Assembly (NCBI GenBank): GCA_963741945.1
Contig: CAVUKA010000004.1
Span: 224,001-288,000 of the forward strand
Origin: an uncultured Gemmatimonadales bacterium
GTDB lineage: Bacteria > Gemmatimonadota > Gemmatimonadetes > Longimicrobiales > RSA9
Length of the DNA: 64,000 nt
Direction: 5' to 3'
Below the pieces are notes generated by a model. It had not been told where the DNA came from. It saw only the letters and a list, made by a program, of their open reading frames with translations, and made no database searches. Positions 20,618 through 30,667 of the stretch are shown here, piece by piece. The position numbers and the translations under genes were made by a program. Numbering within the stretch: the first letter of the stretch is position 1; the number at the start of each line of letters is the position of its first letter.

Positions 20618-22792
20618 TCAGAACAGGGCGTCCAGGTAGATGTCCGCGCGCCAGTGCTGGATCGGCTGGAGCGCCCGGGCGACGTCGATGCGCAGCAGCC
20701 CGTCCAGGGCGCTCGCGCCCACGCCCGCCGAAACGGCGATGTCCGCCCGGTCGAATGTCTCCCTGTGGCCGGCCCACCCCGCGTCGGAGAAGAGCGCCAG
20801 GCGGACGCCAGGGAAATCGTTGGCCACTTCCAGCCGGGCCCGTGCGAAGTCGCTGCCGGCGAGGGCGCCGGCCGCGAAGCCCCGCAGCGTGGGTGCGCCG
20901 CCCAGGAACCAGCGCGCCTGTGGAGGAGCGGGGTCCGGGCCGTCGCCGAACCCGAGCGTGGTTCCCGCAGCCACTTCCGTGGCAGCCACCAGGTGGCCCG
21001 GGAGGGGAGTGCCGCCGCTCAGCGTGATGCCCGGCCTGATGAAGTCGAACGTGCCGAGCTGCGCCGTGACGTCGAGCCACGCGCCCCAGCGGAACCCGTT
21101 CGGATCGAGCCCCCGAGACGTCCCGACGCTGGCGGCCACGCCCACCTGGTCGGCCACCGTCACTGGCGGCAGGGGCGCGAACTCGCGGGCGTCGTCGAAC
21201 GCGTGCGGCAGGCTGAACTCCGTTCCGCTGCCCGCGCCCGCCTGGTGCTCCGCGAACAGCCGGAGCTCGTAATGCGCCTCGCCCACGGCCGGGGTCAGAC
21301 GCAGCTCCGCGCCCGTGGCGGCGAAATAGAGGCCATCGTCGCGGCCGAGCAGCAGCGCTCCCAGCGAGTTGGCGAGCCCGAGCGGGTGAAGCGCCGGATC
21401 CGAGGTGGCGAGACGCCGGTATCCCGCCAACCGCCAGGTCCTGCGCATGGTGGGCCGCTCGACGCCGAGCTCACCCCGCGGCACGGCGTCGCCCGTGCCG
21501 ATGCGTCCGGTCAGGTCCAGCCGCAGCCGTCCCAGATCCCAGTCGACCCGCGCCCCCGCGGACAGCCCCTCCACCCGGTTGTATCGAAGCAGCCCACCCC
21601 TGACCTGCCACGGCCAGGCGACGGTGGGCCGTCCCACCTCCCAGGGCGCCGCCGGCAGCGCGCCGAGACGCTCACCCAGGTCCCGGACCTCGGCCTGCGT
21701 GATCAACGGCTGCCCCTGCGTGTAGATCGAGGGCGGCAGGTATCCGGAGGTGAGCAGCGAGGCCGTGTCGTCCGGCACCACCACCTCGTAGCCCCACGAC
21801 GGTTTTCTTTCACGCGCCAGGGGATCACCGGCCATCTTCAGCCTCAGAGCCGGAAGCTCCGGGAGCCCGAGCGGGTCCGGCTCGACGTCGTAGTCGGAGT
21901 AGGTCACCTCGAGCTTCAGCGGGAAGTGCGCCGCGCCCAGCTGGAGCGAGCCGTCGAACGCCATGAGGCGCGGCATCCACCAGCGCATCTCCCACAGCCC
22001 GTACTCGATGGTGATGTAGCGGATCTCGAAGCGGATGGGCTTCAGGAACCCGGGGATGTCGGCGGCATCCGCGTCGTCGTCCGGATCTAGCGTGCGGAGA
22101 TCCCGCTCCACGTCGAAGTCGCGGGACGGCCGGAAGACGGCCTGGACGATGGCGTGGTCGTTCATCTCGATCCAGAACGACCCGGTGACCAGCCGGATGT
22201 CGCGTCGGCGTGGCGTAACGCGCAGCTCGACCAGGCGGATGGAGCGCCCGTCCGGGAGCCTGATCACCGTCGTGTCCCCCGTGGCGTAGCGGTACACCGA
22301 CTCGCCATTGCGAACCAGCGGGTGCCATGCGAAGCCGTTGTCGTCCGGGGACAGGAGGAGCCGGTCGTCCCCCGGCTCCGGGACGAAGGACTCGGCCCAG
22401 TCATCCAGCTCGTCCGGGATGCGCACGCCGGGCAGCGCCACCGGAACCACTTCGCGCGCCCCGAGCACTTCGATCCGGGTCACGCCGTCACGGCGCCAGT
22501 CCACCCGCTCCGCGGTCTCGCGCCTGAAGAGGAGGCGGTCGCGCCGTAACGCCCGGATGCCCACCGACACCCGCTGACGGACCAGCGCGCGGTAACGGAA
22601 GACGGACGCGTCGAAGAGACCCCGGTGCTCCCTCGCCAGACGCACGAGCTCCCGGGCCGTGGAATCCTCGTAGGCGGTGGCCATGGCCGCCGAGTCCGGC
22701 GTCGGCAGCAGCGTGTCGCGCGCGGTGCTGCCGCTCCCGGAAACGGCCACGGTCACGGACTGCAGAACGGCGAAGGCTAGAGCGAGTCCCAT
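20618..22792 (-). CDS. Putative outer-membrane beta-barrel protein
   Basis: Signal-like N-terminus, RYNRVEG, TLRGF, amphipathic C-terminal strands ending in Phe. Confidence 0.65.
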   Translation of the reverse strand: MGLALAFAVLQSVTVAVSGSGSTARDTLLPTPDSAAMATAYEDSTARELVRLAREHRGLFDASVFRYRALVRQRVSVGIRALRRDRLLFRRETAERVDWRRDGVTRIEVLGAREVVPVALPGVRIPDELDDWAESFVPEPGDDRLLLSPDDNGFAWHPLVRNGESVYRYATGDTTVIRLPDGRSIRLVELRVTPRRRDIRLVTGSFWIEMNDHAIVQAVFRPSRDFDVERDLRTLDPDDDADAADIPGFLKPIRFEIRYITIEYGLWEMRWWMPRLMAFDGSLQLGAAHFPLKLEVTYSDYDVEPDPLGLPELPALRLKMAGDPLARERKPSWGYEVVVPDDTASLLTSGYLPPSIYTQGQPLITQAEVRDLGERLGALPAAPWEVGRPTVAWPWQVRGGLLRYNRVEGLSAGARVDWDLGRLRLDLTGRIGTGDAVPRGELGVERPTMRRTWRLAGYRRLATSDPALHPLGLANSLGALLLGRDDGLYFAATGAELRLTPAVGEAHYELRLFAEHQAGAGSGTEFSLPHAFDDAREFAPLPPVTVADQVGVAASVGTSRGLDPNGFRWGAWLDVTAQLGTFDFIRPGITLSGGTPLPGHLVAATEVAAGTTLGFGDGPDPAPPQARWFLGGAPTLRGFAAGALAGSDFARARLEVANDFPGVRLALFSDAGWAGHRETFDRADIAVSAGVGASALDGLLRIDVARALQPIQHWRADIYLDALF

Positions 22793-22919
22793 CCCGATCC
22801 CTGTCTGTGGGCGCGCCGGATGGTTCCCCTACGCGAATCCCGCGAGGCCGGTTTCGCGCTGGTCCGCTCCGGCCCGCCGGCGTATGTTTCCTGCGAACCG
22901 ACCTCTCGCCGACAATGCC

Positions 22920-23327
22920 ATGACGGAAGACTCTGCACGCGACCAGGTGAACGCCCTGTACTGGGAGTCCGCTGCTTCCGTGGCGGACATCGCGGATCGC
23001 CTCGGGATCTCACGCCGCGCGCTCTACGACATGATCGAGCCTCGCCCCGCGGGGGCGCGCTGTCCGGCGTGCGGGGGGGAGCTGCAGTTCCGCAACCGTA
23101 CGGCCGCCGAGCGGCTGCAGCCGGAGTGCGCCGAGTGCGGAGAAGAGACCACGCTGGAACGCGCCGCCGAGGCCGCGCAAAGCGAGTCCGCCACCGATCC
23201 TCGTCCGGGACGACGCTGGGGAATCGCGTCACCGGCCGAGCGGGCTCCGAAGGCGTGGGCGGGCGGCGCCCTCCTGGCCGGGCTCGCGGCGGGCGCCGTA
23301 GCCGGCTTCTTCCTCCGGCGGCACTGA
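22920..23327 (+). CDS. Helix-turn-helix plus zinc-ribbon protein with C-terminal TM anchor
   Basis: SVADIADRLGISRRALY; CPACG...CAECG; hydrophobic tail ending LRRH. Confidence 0.7.
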   Translation: MTEDSARDQVNALYWESAASVADIADRLGISRRALYDMIEPRPAGARCPACGGELQFRNRTAAERLQPECAECGEETTLERAAEAAQSESATDPRPGRRWGIASPAERAPKAWAGGALLAGLAAGAVAGFFLRRH

Positions 23328-23354
23328 AGGCCGGCGTCCGGCGGGGCGCGTGCG

Positions 23355-24692
23355 GTGGTCCAGCCCGTGACGGAATTCGGCCGGGCGCTCCCGGCGCTCA
23401 GGACCGCTGTGCCCGGCCCTCGCTCCCGCGAGCTCGCCCGTCGCCTGCAAAGGGTCGAGAGCCGCAACATCACGCTGGTCGACGACGCGGGCCCCATCTT
23501 CTGGGCGGAAGCGGCGGGCGCCAACGTCCGCGACGTGGACGGCAATGTCTTCGTGGACCTGACGGCGGGGTTCGGCGTGGCCGCGGCCGGACACCGCAGC
23601 CCGGCGGTTGTCCGGGCCGCGTCGGAACAGCTGGGCCGACTGGTTCACGCAATGGGCGATGTCCATCCGGCCGAGGCCAAGCTCCTCCTGCTCGAACGCA
23701 TCGCGAGCATTGCGCCCGGCGACCTCTCCGTCGGGATCCTCGCAAGCGATGGCTCCGATGCCGTGGAGGCCGCGCTCAAGACCGCGGCGCTGGCCACCGG
23801 GCGCCCTGGCGTGGTCGCGTTCGAGGGCGCCTATCATGGCCTCACGTACGGCGCGCTGGCGGTGACGCACGCTTCCAGGTTCCGCGCTCCGTTCGCGCGC
23901 CAGCTCTACGGCGGAGTTCGCTTCGCGCCCTACCCGGGTGTCGACGCGGCTGGCGATCAAGGCGATCCCACCGACCTCAGCCTCCACGCGGTCAGGCGGT
24001 TGATCCGCGAGTCGCTGGACGGGCTCGACCCCGTGGGCGCCGTGCTCGTGGAGCCGGTCCTCGGACGGGGAGGGATCGTGGTGCCGCCGGCCGATTTCCT
24101 GCCGGCGCTCCGCTCGCTGTGCACGGAGGAAGGCGTGCTCCTCATCGCGGACGAGGTCTACACGGGGCTGGGCCGCACCGGCCGCTGGTTCGCGTGTCAG
24201 CACTGGGACGTGGTCCCGGACCTTCTCGTGCTCGGGAAGTCCCTGGCGGGCGGTCTCCCGCTCAGCTGCGTGGTCGGCACCAGGGAGGTCATGGACGCCT
24301 GGCCCCCATCGACCGGGGAGGCGATCCACACGTCGACCTTCCTGGGCCACCCGGTGGCGTGCGCCGCGGCGCTGGCGAACCTCGAGCAGATCGAGGCCGA
24401 GGGGCTGGTCGGCCGGTCGGCACGGCTCGGGGTGAAGCTGCACGGCCAGCTGTCGGCTCTTGCCGCCCGGCTCCCCGGGATCGGCTCGCCCCGGGGTCTC
24501 GGCCTCATGCGCGCCCTGCCCCTCGGCGCGGACGGGGAAGCGCGCGCGGCCCGGGCCATGGCCCGGGCCCTCGCCCGCGGGATCATCGTGCTCCCGGAGG
24601 GACCCTCCCTGGCGTTCACGCCGCCATTGACCATCTCGGAACGGCAGCTCGATCACGCGCTGGGGGTGGTGGAGTCCGTTCTGGATGAGTGA
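23355..24692 (+). CDS. Class III PLP aminotransferase (GabT-like)
   Basis: DVDGNVFVD, GAYHG, IADEVYTGLGRTG, GKSLAGG, STFLGHP. Confidence 0.9.
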   Translation: MVQPVTEFGRALPALRTAVPGPRSRELARRLQRVESRNITLVDDAGPIFWAEAAGANVRDVDGNVFVDLTAGFGVAAAGHRSPAVVRAASEQLGRLVHAMGDVHPAEAKLLLLERIASIAPGDLSVGILASDGSDAVEAALKTAALATGRPGVVAFEGAYHGLTYGALAVTHASRFRAPFARQLYGGVRFAPYPGVDAAGDQGDPTDLSLHAVRRLIRESLDGLDPVGAVLVEPVLGRGGIVVPPADFLPALRSLCTEEGVLLIADEVYTGLGRTGRWFACQHWDVVPDLLVLGKSLAGGLPLSCVVGTREVMDAWPPSTGEAIHTSTFLGHPVACAAALANLEQIEAEGLVGRSARLGVKLHGQLSALAARLPGIGSPRGLGLMRALPLGADGEARAARAMARALARGIIVLPEGPSLAFTPPLTISERQLDHALGVVESVLDE

Positions 24693-24695
24693 CCT

Positions 24696-24974
24696 TCAGC
24701 GGGCGGCGTCGATCTGCCGCGCCAGGTCGAAATCGCGGTGGGTCAGGCCACCCTCGCTGTGCGTGGACAGGGCGCAGGATACGCGGTCGTAACGGACGTC
24801 TATGTCCGGGTGGTGATTCGCGCGCTCGGCCAGGTCAGCGATCCGGTTGACGAACGCGATCGCCTCGGCGAAGGAGTCGCACGTGTACGTCTTCCGTATC
24901 GCGCTCCCTTCCCTCGTCCATCCGTGCAGCTCGTCCAGCTTCTGTCCGATTTCGCCGTCATCCAGCAAGGGCAT
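24696..24974 (-). CDS. phhB: Pterin-4-alpha-carbinolamine dehydratase
   Basis: NHHPDI, THSEGGLT. Confidence 0.92.
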   Translation of the reverse strand: MPLLDDGEIGQKLDELHGWTREGSAIRKTYTCDSFAEAIAFVNRIADLAERANHHPDIDVRYDRVSCALSTHSEGGLTHRDFDLARQIDAAR

Positions 24975-25099
24975 GCATCCTCCTCCGACCATGTGGGTAT
25001 GCGAAAGGTTCGGCCCGGCCGGGCTCCGGGGCAAGGGTGCCGTATCCACGGATACGCCATTGCCTTTTCCCAACTGCTCGCCCACCTTCTAGACCGATC

Positions 25100-26065
25100 G
25101 TGACCGAGATACTGATTACCGGCGCAACCGGTTTCGTCGGCTCGCACGTGATCGAGCTGCTGGGCCGGAGGGGGCTGCGCGCGCGCGCTCTGGTGCGGGA
25201 GACCAGCGACACTTCGCTGATCCGGCGCCATGGCATCGAATGCGTCCTTGGCGACATCACGGAGTCCGCGTCGTTGCGGTCTGCCGTCCGGGGTGCGGAC
25301 GTGGTCCTGCACCTGGCGGCGGCCACTCGCGCACTGACGCCGGAGGAGTTCTTCCGGGTGAACGCGGGCGGGACGCGCAACCTCCTGGGGGCCATCGGGC
25401 ACCAGAGCGGTTGCCGCATGGTGCTCCTCAGCTCGCTTGCCGCAGCCGGCCCCGCGCGCGGGCGAGAGGTGCGACCCGACGATGAGCCGCGGCCGATCAC
25501 GGCGTACGGCCGGAGCAAGGTCGAGGCCGAACGCGAGCTCCTGGCTCATGGAGGCGTCTCCGCCGTTGTCCTGCGGCCACCGGCCGTTTACGGTCCGAGG
25601 GACCGTGACCTGTTGACGTTTTTCAAGCTGGCCGGACGGGGGATCCTGCCGGCGCTGGGTGGGACCGACCGGCGCCTGCAGATGATCCATGCCGCCGATC
25701 TGGCGGAGGCGGTGCTGTTCGCGGCGGAAGGCTCGGCGACCGGAATCTTCCACGTCGCGGAACCGCGTTCATACACGTGGGGTGATGTGTTGCAGTACGT
25801 GGCCGACGCGGTAGGCCGACGGGGAGTGCGCGTGAGGGTGCCGGGGCCCCTGGTGCGGCTGGCGGGGGCGGTGAGCGAGATTTCCGCCCGCGTGACCCGG
25901 CGGCCGGTCATTTTCGATCGGGACAAGGCCAGCGAGTTGCTGGCGGATGAATGGCTGTGCGAAACCGATGCCGCGTTCGAGGCGTTCGGGTTCCGGGCGT
26001 CCGTCCCGCTGAAGGACGGGTTGAAAGCTACGGCGGACTGGTACAAGGCACACGGCTGGCTTTAG
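25100..26065 (+). CDS. Extended SDR NAD-dependent epimerase/reductase; probable ceramide reductase CerR-like
   Basis: TGATGFVG, YGRSK, RPPAVYGPRD; directly upstream of the spt-like gene. Confidence 0.8.
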   Translation: MTEILITGATGFVGSHVIELLGRRGLRARALVRETSDTSLIRRHGIECVLGDITESASLRSAVRGADVVLHLAAATRALTPEEFFRVNAGGTRNLLGAIGHQSGCRMVLLSSLAAAGPARGREVRPDDEPRPITAYGRSKVEAERELLAHGGVSAVVLRPPAVYGPRDRDLLTFFKLAGRGILPALGGTDRRLQMIHAADLAEAVLFAAEGSATGIFHVAEPRSYTWGDVLQYVADAVGRRGVRVRVPGPLVRLAGAVSEISARVTRRPVIFDRDKASELLADEWLCETDAAFEAFGFRASVPLKDGLKATADWYKAHGWL

Positions 26066-26091
26066 GCCGTGGGCGGCACCGAGGCAGTGAT

Positions 26092-27279
26092 ATGAGTCTC
26101 TTTGACAAATGCTACGGCTTTACCCAGGCCCACGAGGTACAGGCGGCCGGGTACTACCCGTACTTCAGGGCGATCCAGGAGTCGTTCGACACGGAAGTGA
26201 TCGTCGAGGGCGAGCGGAAGGTGATGGTCGGGTCGAACAACTATCTCGGCCTGACCCACCATCCGAAGGTGGTGCAAGCAGCCGCGGATGCACTCCGGCG
26301 CTACGGGACCGGCTGCACGGGAAGCCGTTTCCTGAATGGCACGCTCGACCTCCATGAACAGCTGGAAGCGGAGCTGGCGGAGTTCCTGAACAAGGAAGCC
26401 GCACTCGTCTTCAGCACCGGGTTCCAGACGAACCTCGGCGCAATCGCCGCGCTGGCGGGCCGTAACGACTTCATCATCTCGGACAAGCTGAACCACGCGA
26501 GCATCGTCGATGCCTCGCGGCTCTCGTATGCGGGCATCCAGCGGTACGCCCACAACGACATGGCGGCGCTGGAGCGGATTCTCCGCAAGCTGCCGGAGGA
26601 CGCGGGCAAGCTCATCATCACCGACGGCATCTTCTCCATGGAGGGTGATATCGCGGACCTGCCGGCCATCACCTCGCTGGCGGAGGTCCACGGTGCCAAG
26701 GTGCTGGTCGATGACGCGCACGCTTTTGGCGTGCTCGGCCGCAGGGGAGCCGGGACGGCCGAGCACTACGGGCTCGAAGACGAAGTGGACCTGGTCGTCA
26801 CGACGTTCTCCAAATCGCTGGCGTCCATCGGCGGCGTGGTCGCGGGCCCCGAGCCCGTGATCCACTACCTCAAGCACCACGCCCGACCACTGATCTTCAG
26901 CGCGAGCATGCCTCCGTCGGCGGTGGCCACGGTCCTGTCGGCCCTCGATGTCCTCCGCACCGAGCCGGAGCGCATCGAAGCCCTGTGGCGGAACACCCGC
27001 AAGATGCAGAAGGGGCTGAAAGATCTCGGCTACGACATCGGGATGAGCGAGACGCCGATCATCCCCGTGGTCATCGGCGGACTGGAGCGCATGCTCATGT
27101 TCTGGCGGGAGATCTTCGATGCCGGCGTGTTCACCAACCCGGTGACGCCGCCGGCTGTGCCGGAGAACTCGTGTCGCCTGCGCATCTCACTGATGGCCAC
27201 GCACACGGACGAGCACATCGAAAGGGTCCTCGAGGCGTTCGCGCACGTGGGGCGTCAGATGTCCGTGATCCAGCCGTGA
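26092..27279 (+). CDS. spt: Serine palmitoyltransferase-like alpha-oxoamine synthase
   Basis: GSNNYLGLT, GTGCTGSRFLNGT, DDAH, TFSKSLASIGG, FSASMPP. Confidence 0.8.
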   Translation: MSLFDKCYGFTQAHEVQAAGYYPYFRAIQESFDTEVIVEGERKVMVGSNNYLGLTHHPKVVQAAADALRRYGTGCTGSRFLNGTLDLHEQLEAELAEFLNKEAALVFSTGFQTNLGAIAALAGRNDFIISDKLNHASIVDASRLSYAGIQRYAHNDMAALERILRKLPEDAGKLIITDGIFSMEGDIADLPAITSLAEVHGAKVLVDDAHAFGVLGRRGAGTAEHYGLEDEVDLVVTTFSKSLASIGGVVAGPEPVIHYLKHHARPLIFSASMPPSAVATVLSALDVLRTEPERIEALWRNTRKMQKGLKDLGYDIGMSETPIIPVVIGGLERMLMFWREIFDAGVFTNPVTPPAVPENSCRLRISLMATHTDEHIERVLEAFAHVGRQMSVIQP

Positions 27280-28421
27280 GCCCGACCACCGGGGGCGCCA
27301 CGCTGGTCACACCCGCCCGGGACCGGGCGAGTCGCGAGCGGTTCATCCGGTTCCCGTGGAAGATCTATGCGGATGACCCCGCGTGGGTCCCGCCGCTCCT
27401 GGCGGACGCACGCAAGCTGCTGGATCCGGCCCACCCGTTCCACCAACACGCCGACTCGGAGTTCTACCTGGCGCTGCGCGATGGCGAGGTCGTGGGGCGC
27501 ATCGCGGCCGTGGTCAACCACGTCTACAACGACTTCCACGAGACGAAGACGGGGTTCGTCGGGCTCTTCGAGTCCATCGATGATGACGGGGTGGCCGGGA
27601 GTCTCCTGGAGACCGCCGCGGACTGGCTGGCGGAGCAGGGCATGACGGAAGCGATCGGCCCGTTCAATCTCTCCACCAACGACGAGCTCTACTCCCCCGG
27701 GATCCTCCTCGACGGGTTCGACCGGCCGCCGGTCCTCCTCATGGCACACAACCCGCCCTACTACCGGCGGCTGTTCGAGGCCGCCGGGTGGGAGAAGGCG
27801 CGGGACCTGCTCGCGTACTGGCTCGACGGAGAGGAGCCGCCGCCGCGGCTCGTCCGGGGCGTGGAGCGTCTGACCGGGAGCATCGAGGGACTCGAGATCC
27901 GGCAGCTGGAGCTGAAGAGGCTGGACCGCGAGGTCGAGCTCATCAAAGAGGTCTACAACAGCGCATGGCAGCGGAACTGGGGGTTCGCCCCCCTGACCGA
28001 TGCCGAGATCCAGCATCTGGCCAAGGACTTGAAGCCGATCGTCGATCCACGCTTCGCTCTCATCGCCGAAGTGAAGGGCGAGCCCGTTGGCTTCGCCCTG
28101 GCCCTGCCGGATTTCAATCAGGCCCTCCGGCATGTGAACGGCCGGCTCTTCCCCTTCGGCATCTTCAAGCTGCTCTGGTATCGCCGCCGGATCGATCGGC
28201 TTCGCGTGTTCACGCTCGGTCTCAAGCCCGAGTACCAGCGGCGCGGGATCGACGCCCTCTTCTATCTGCGCATTTACGAGAACGGCTTCGCCGCAGGCAT
28301 TCATCGCGCCGAGGCCTCGTGGATCCTCGAGGACAACTGGGGGATGAGGCGCGGCCTGGAGCGCATGGGGGCATACGTCTACAAGACCTACCGCGTTTTC
28401 GGCCGTCCCCTGCTGCCCTGA
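27276..28421 (+). CDS. GNAT-fold N-acyltransferase; probable bacterial ceramide synthase bCerS-like
   Basis: DPAWVPPL, GRIAA, NPPYY, NWGFAPL, LPDFNQAL, SWILEDN; GTGA overlap with spt. Confidence 0.78.
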   Translation: MSPTTGGATLVTPARDRASRERFIRFPWKIYADDPAWVPPLLADARKLLDPAHPFHQHADSEFYLALRDGEVVGRIAAVVNHVYNDFHETKTGFVGLFESIDDDGVAGSLLETAADWLAEQGMTEAIGPFNLSTNDELYSPGILLDGFDRPPVLLMAHNPPYYRRLFEAAGWEKARDLLAYWLDGEEPPPRLVRGVERLTGSIEGLEIRQLELKRLDREVELIKEVYNSAWQRNWGFAPLTDAEIQHLAKDLKPIVDPRFALIAEVKGEPVGFALALPDFNQALRHVNGRLFPFGIFKLLWYRRRIDRLRVFTLGLKPEYQRRGIDALFYLRIYENGFAAGIHRAEASWILEDNWGMRRGLERMGAYVYKTYRVFGRPLLP

Positions 28422-28463
28422 GTCCTCCATGGTGACGGCGCTCGCCACAACCACGCGGGGTCG

Positions 28464-29213
28464 ATGAAGCGCAGCACGATGGCGGTGATGACCGTCTCGA
28501 TGGCGGCACTGACGGTCCTCGTATGGCTCCTGCTTCCCGGCCTCGCGGGGCCCGCCCGCGCGTTCACCGCCGCCCTTCTCGTTCCGATCCCGGCCACGCT
28601 CGGGCTCCAGGCCTTCCTCCTGGATGAGCTTCCCGCCGAGGACGAGCGCGAGGCCGTCTACACCTCCTCCGCGGTTTCTGCCTGGGTGCTGGCGATTCTG
28701 GCCATGCTGGCCGCCCGCTTCAGCGGCTTCACCCGCGCCGGGCTCTGGCTCGTCCTCCCCGATGCCGGCACTTTCGCCATGGCCAGCGGGGCCACCTTCG
28801 CGGCCGGCGCCCTCATCATGATCGTGGCGCGCTGGCTTCGACTCCCGGACCCAGAAATCGTCACGTACCTCATCCCGCGCTCGGTGAGCGAGAAGATCGC
28901 CTTCGCGGGCCTGTCGATCTCCGCGGGCATCGCCGAAGAGCTCGTGTTCCGCAGTTTCCTCATCGCTGCGCTCGCCCGGGGCCTGGGGTCCGTGCCCGTG
29001 GCCGCGGGCGTCAGCATCGTGGTATTCGCCGTGGCGCACGCCTATCAGGGATGGCTGGGGATCCTGCAGATCCTGCTCCTCGGCGCCATTCTCACCGCAC
29101 CGCTCCTGATCACGGGCAGCGTGTATCCCGGCATGGCCGCGCACGCAGCTCTGGATATCACCGCCGGTCTGGTCCTGCCCCGTTGGCAGCGGCGGGGGCC
29201 AGGACGGGGCTGA
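28464..29213 (+). CDS. CPBP family (CAAX/Abi) intramembrane metalloprotease
   Basis: EELVFR, FAVAH, AAH motifs within multiple TMs. Confidence 0.88.
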   Translation: MKRSTMAVMTVSMAALTVLVWLLLPGLAGPARAFTAALLVPIPATLGLQAFLLDELPAEDEREAVYTSSAVSAWVLAILAMLAARFSGFTRAGLWLVLPDAGTFAMASGATFAAGALIMIVARWLRLPDPEIVTYLIPRSVSEKIAFAGLSISAGIAEELVFRSFLIAALARGLGSVPVAAGVSIVVFAVAHAYQGWLGILQILLLGAILTAPLLITGSVYPGMAAHAALDITAGLVLPRWQRRGPGRG

Positions 29214-29387
29214 CCCGCCGTTCGGGCGATGGCTCATCGCCGCATTCGAGGGGTATGGCCGCATCAGAACCAAGGCGGGGTTTGCCGACCGGCATTTGAG
29301 TTCGGGGAACCGGGAACGGCCATTGCACGTATTGCAGGGTGAGATGGGTGGGCATACGGGGGTGGGAGCCCGAATCGAGTCGAGAGC

Positions 29388-29804
29388 ATGATTCTACGGA
29401 TTTCGTTCGAGGAAGTGACGGCACTGAACTCAGCGGCCGAGCGGCTGCTGTCGTCGGATACGGGGGGTGGAGTGGTTGCGGCCCCGCCGGAGCTGCTGGC
29501 GGAGCTCGAGGCCCGGCTGCCGCTCACCGGCGACATCTCCGTCACCACGCTCGCGGAACAGATGCGGCTCGCTCGGGCCCTGGACGTCGTGCAGGATCAC
29601 CTGAAGCGACGGATGGACGCGCTCGTCATCGAGCAGTACGTGGGCTCGGACGACGCCGTGAACGCCTATTTCGACTATGCGTACGTGCTTTCGCTGCGCG
29701 CGAAGCTCAGGGCGATCGGCCGCGAGATGGAGCTGATGATCGAGCTCATGACGGGCGACGCGCCGACACAGGACGAGGCGGAGGACCTCACGTTCGCCGA
29801 TTGA
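29388..29804 (+). CDS. Hypothetical acidic alpha-helical protein
   Basis: Protein-like composition and host codon pattern; no motif recognised. Confidence 0.75.
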   Translation: MILRISFEEVTALNSAAERLLSSDTGGGVVAAPPELLAELEARLPLTGDISVTTLAEQMRLARALDVVQDHLKRRMDALVIEQYVGSDDAVNAYFDYAYVLSLRAKLRAIGREMELMIELMTGDAPTQDEAEDLTFAD

Positions 29805-29879
29805 CGCACGGCTCGGATGTGCGGAAAATGGGGCGGCCGGACCGAAGAGGCCCGGCCGCTCGTTCATCGAGGAGGATTT

Positions 29880-30620
29880 GTGGCCGACACTTCCTTTGAT
29901 GGGCCCGATCTCTCCGGCGAGACGGTGTTCATCACGGGTGCATCCCGGGGGCTGGGTGCCGCGCTGACGCTCGCATTCGCCCGCGCCGGCGCCCGCCTCG
30001 TCCTGTGCGCCCGTGGCGAGGAGGAGCTTGCTGCGGCCGCGAGTAACGCCCTGCGGATCGGTGCGGCGGTGGAGTGGCGGAGCGCGGACGTGACAGACGA
30101 GAGAGCGATCGCCGCACTGGTCCGGGCCGCAGCGGACCGGTTCGGGCCGGTCTCGGTCCTGGTGAACAACGCCTCGCGACTCGGCTCGCGAACTCCCCTG
30201 CGGGAGCAGGGGATCGACGAGTGGCGACGGACCGTTGATGTCAATCTCACCGGGGCCCTCATTCCGATCCAGGCGGTGCTGCCGGGCATGCGCGCCGCGG
30301 GCGGTGGCTCCATCATCAATGTCTCCTCGGGCGTCGGCGACGTGCCGAGGAAACGGTGGGGTGCCTACGCGGTGAGCAAGTGGGCTGTCGAGGGGCTCAG
30401 CCGCAATCTTGCGCTCGAAGAGGCGGACGCGGGCGTGCGCGTCAACATCGTGGACCCGGGCCGGCTTCGTACGCGGATGCGACGCGCCGCGTATCCGGCC
30501 GAGGACCCGCTCGACCCGGCGCCGCCGGAGTCCGCCACAGGCGTTTTCCTCTGGCTGGCGGCCCCGGCCTCGGCCGACACCTCCGGCCAGCGATTCCAGG
30601 CACTGGAGTGGCCCGGCTGA
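29880..30620 (+). CDS. Classical SDR oxidoreductase
   Basis: GGAGG RBS, TGASRGLG, VNNAS, YAVSK, RTRMRRAAYP. Confidence 0.9.
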   Translation: MADTSFDGPDLSGETVFITGASRGLGAALTLAFARAGARLVLCARGEEELAAAASNALRIGAAVEWRSADVTDERAIAALVRAAADRFGPVSVLVNNASRLGSRTPLREQGIDEWRRTVDVNLTGALIPIQAVLPGMRAAGGGSIINVSSGVGDVPRKRWGAYAVSKWAVEGLSRNLALEEADAGVRVNIVDPGRLRTRMRRAAYPAEDPLDPAPPESATGVFLWLAAPASADTSGQRFQALEWPG

Positions 30621-30667
30621 GGCAGCGATCCGCCAACCGCACTCGAATCCCAACAGGAGACCGATCC

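Noticed and set aside
26092-27279. BioF (8-amino-7-oxononanoate synthase) assignment
   Set aside because: No bio genes nearby; motifs and neighbours fit Spt better.
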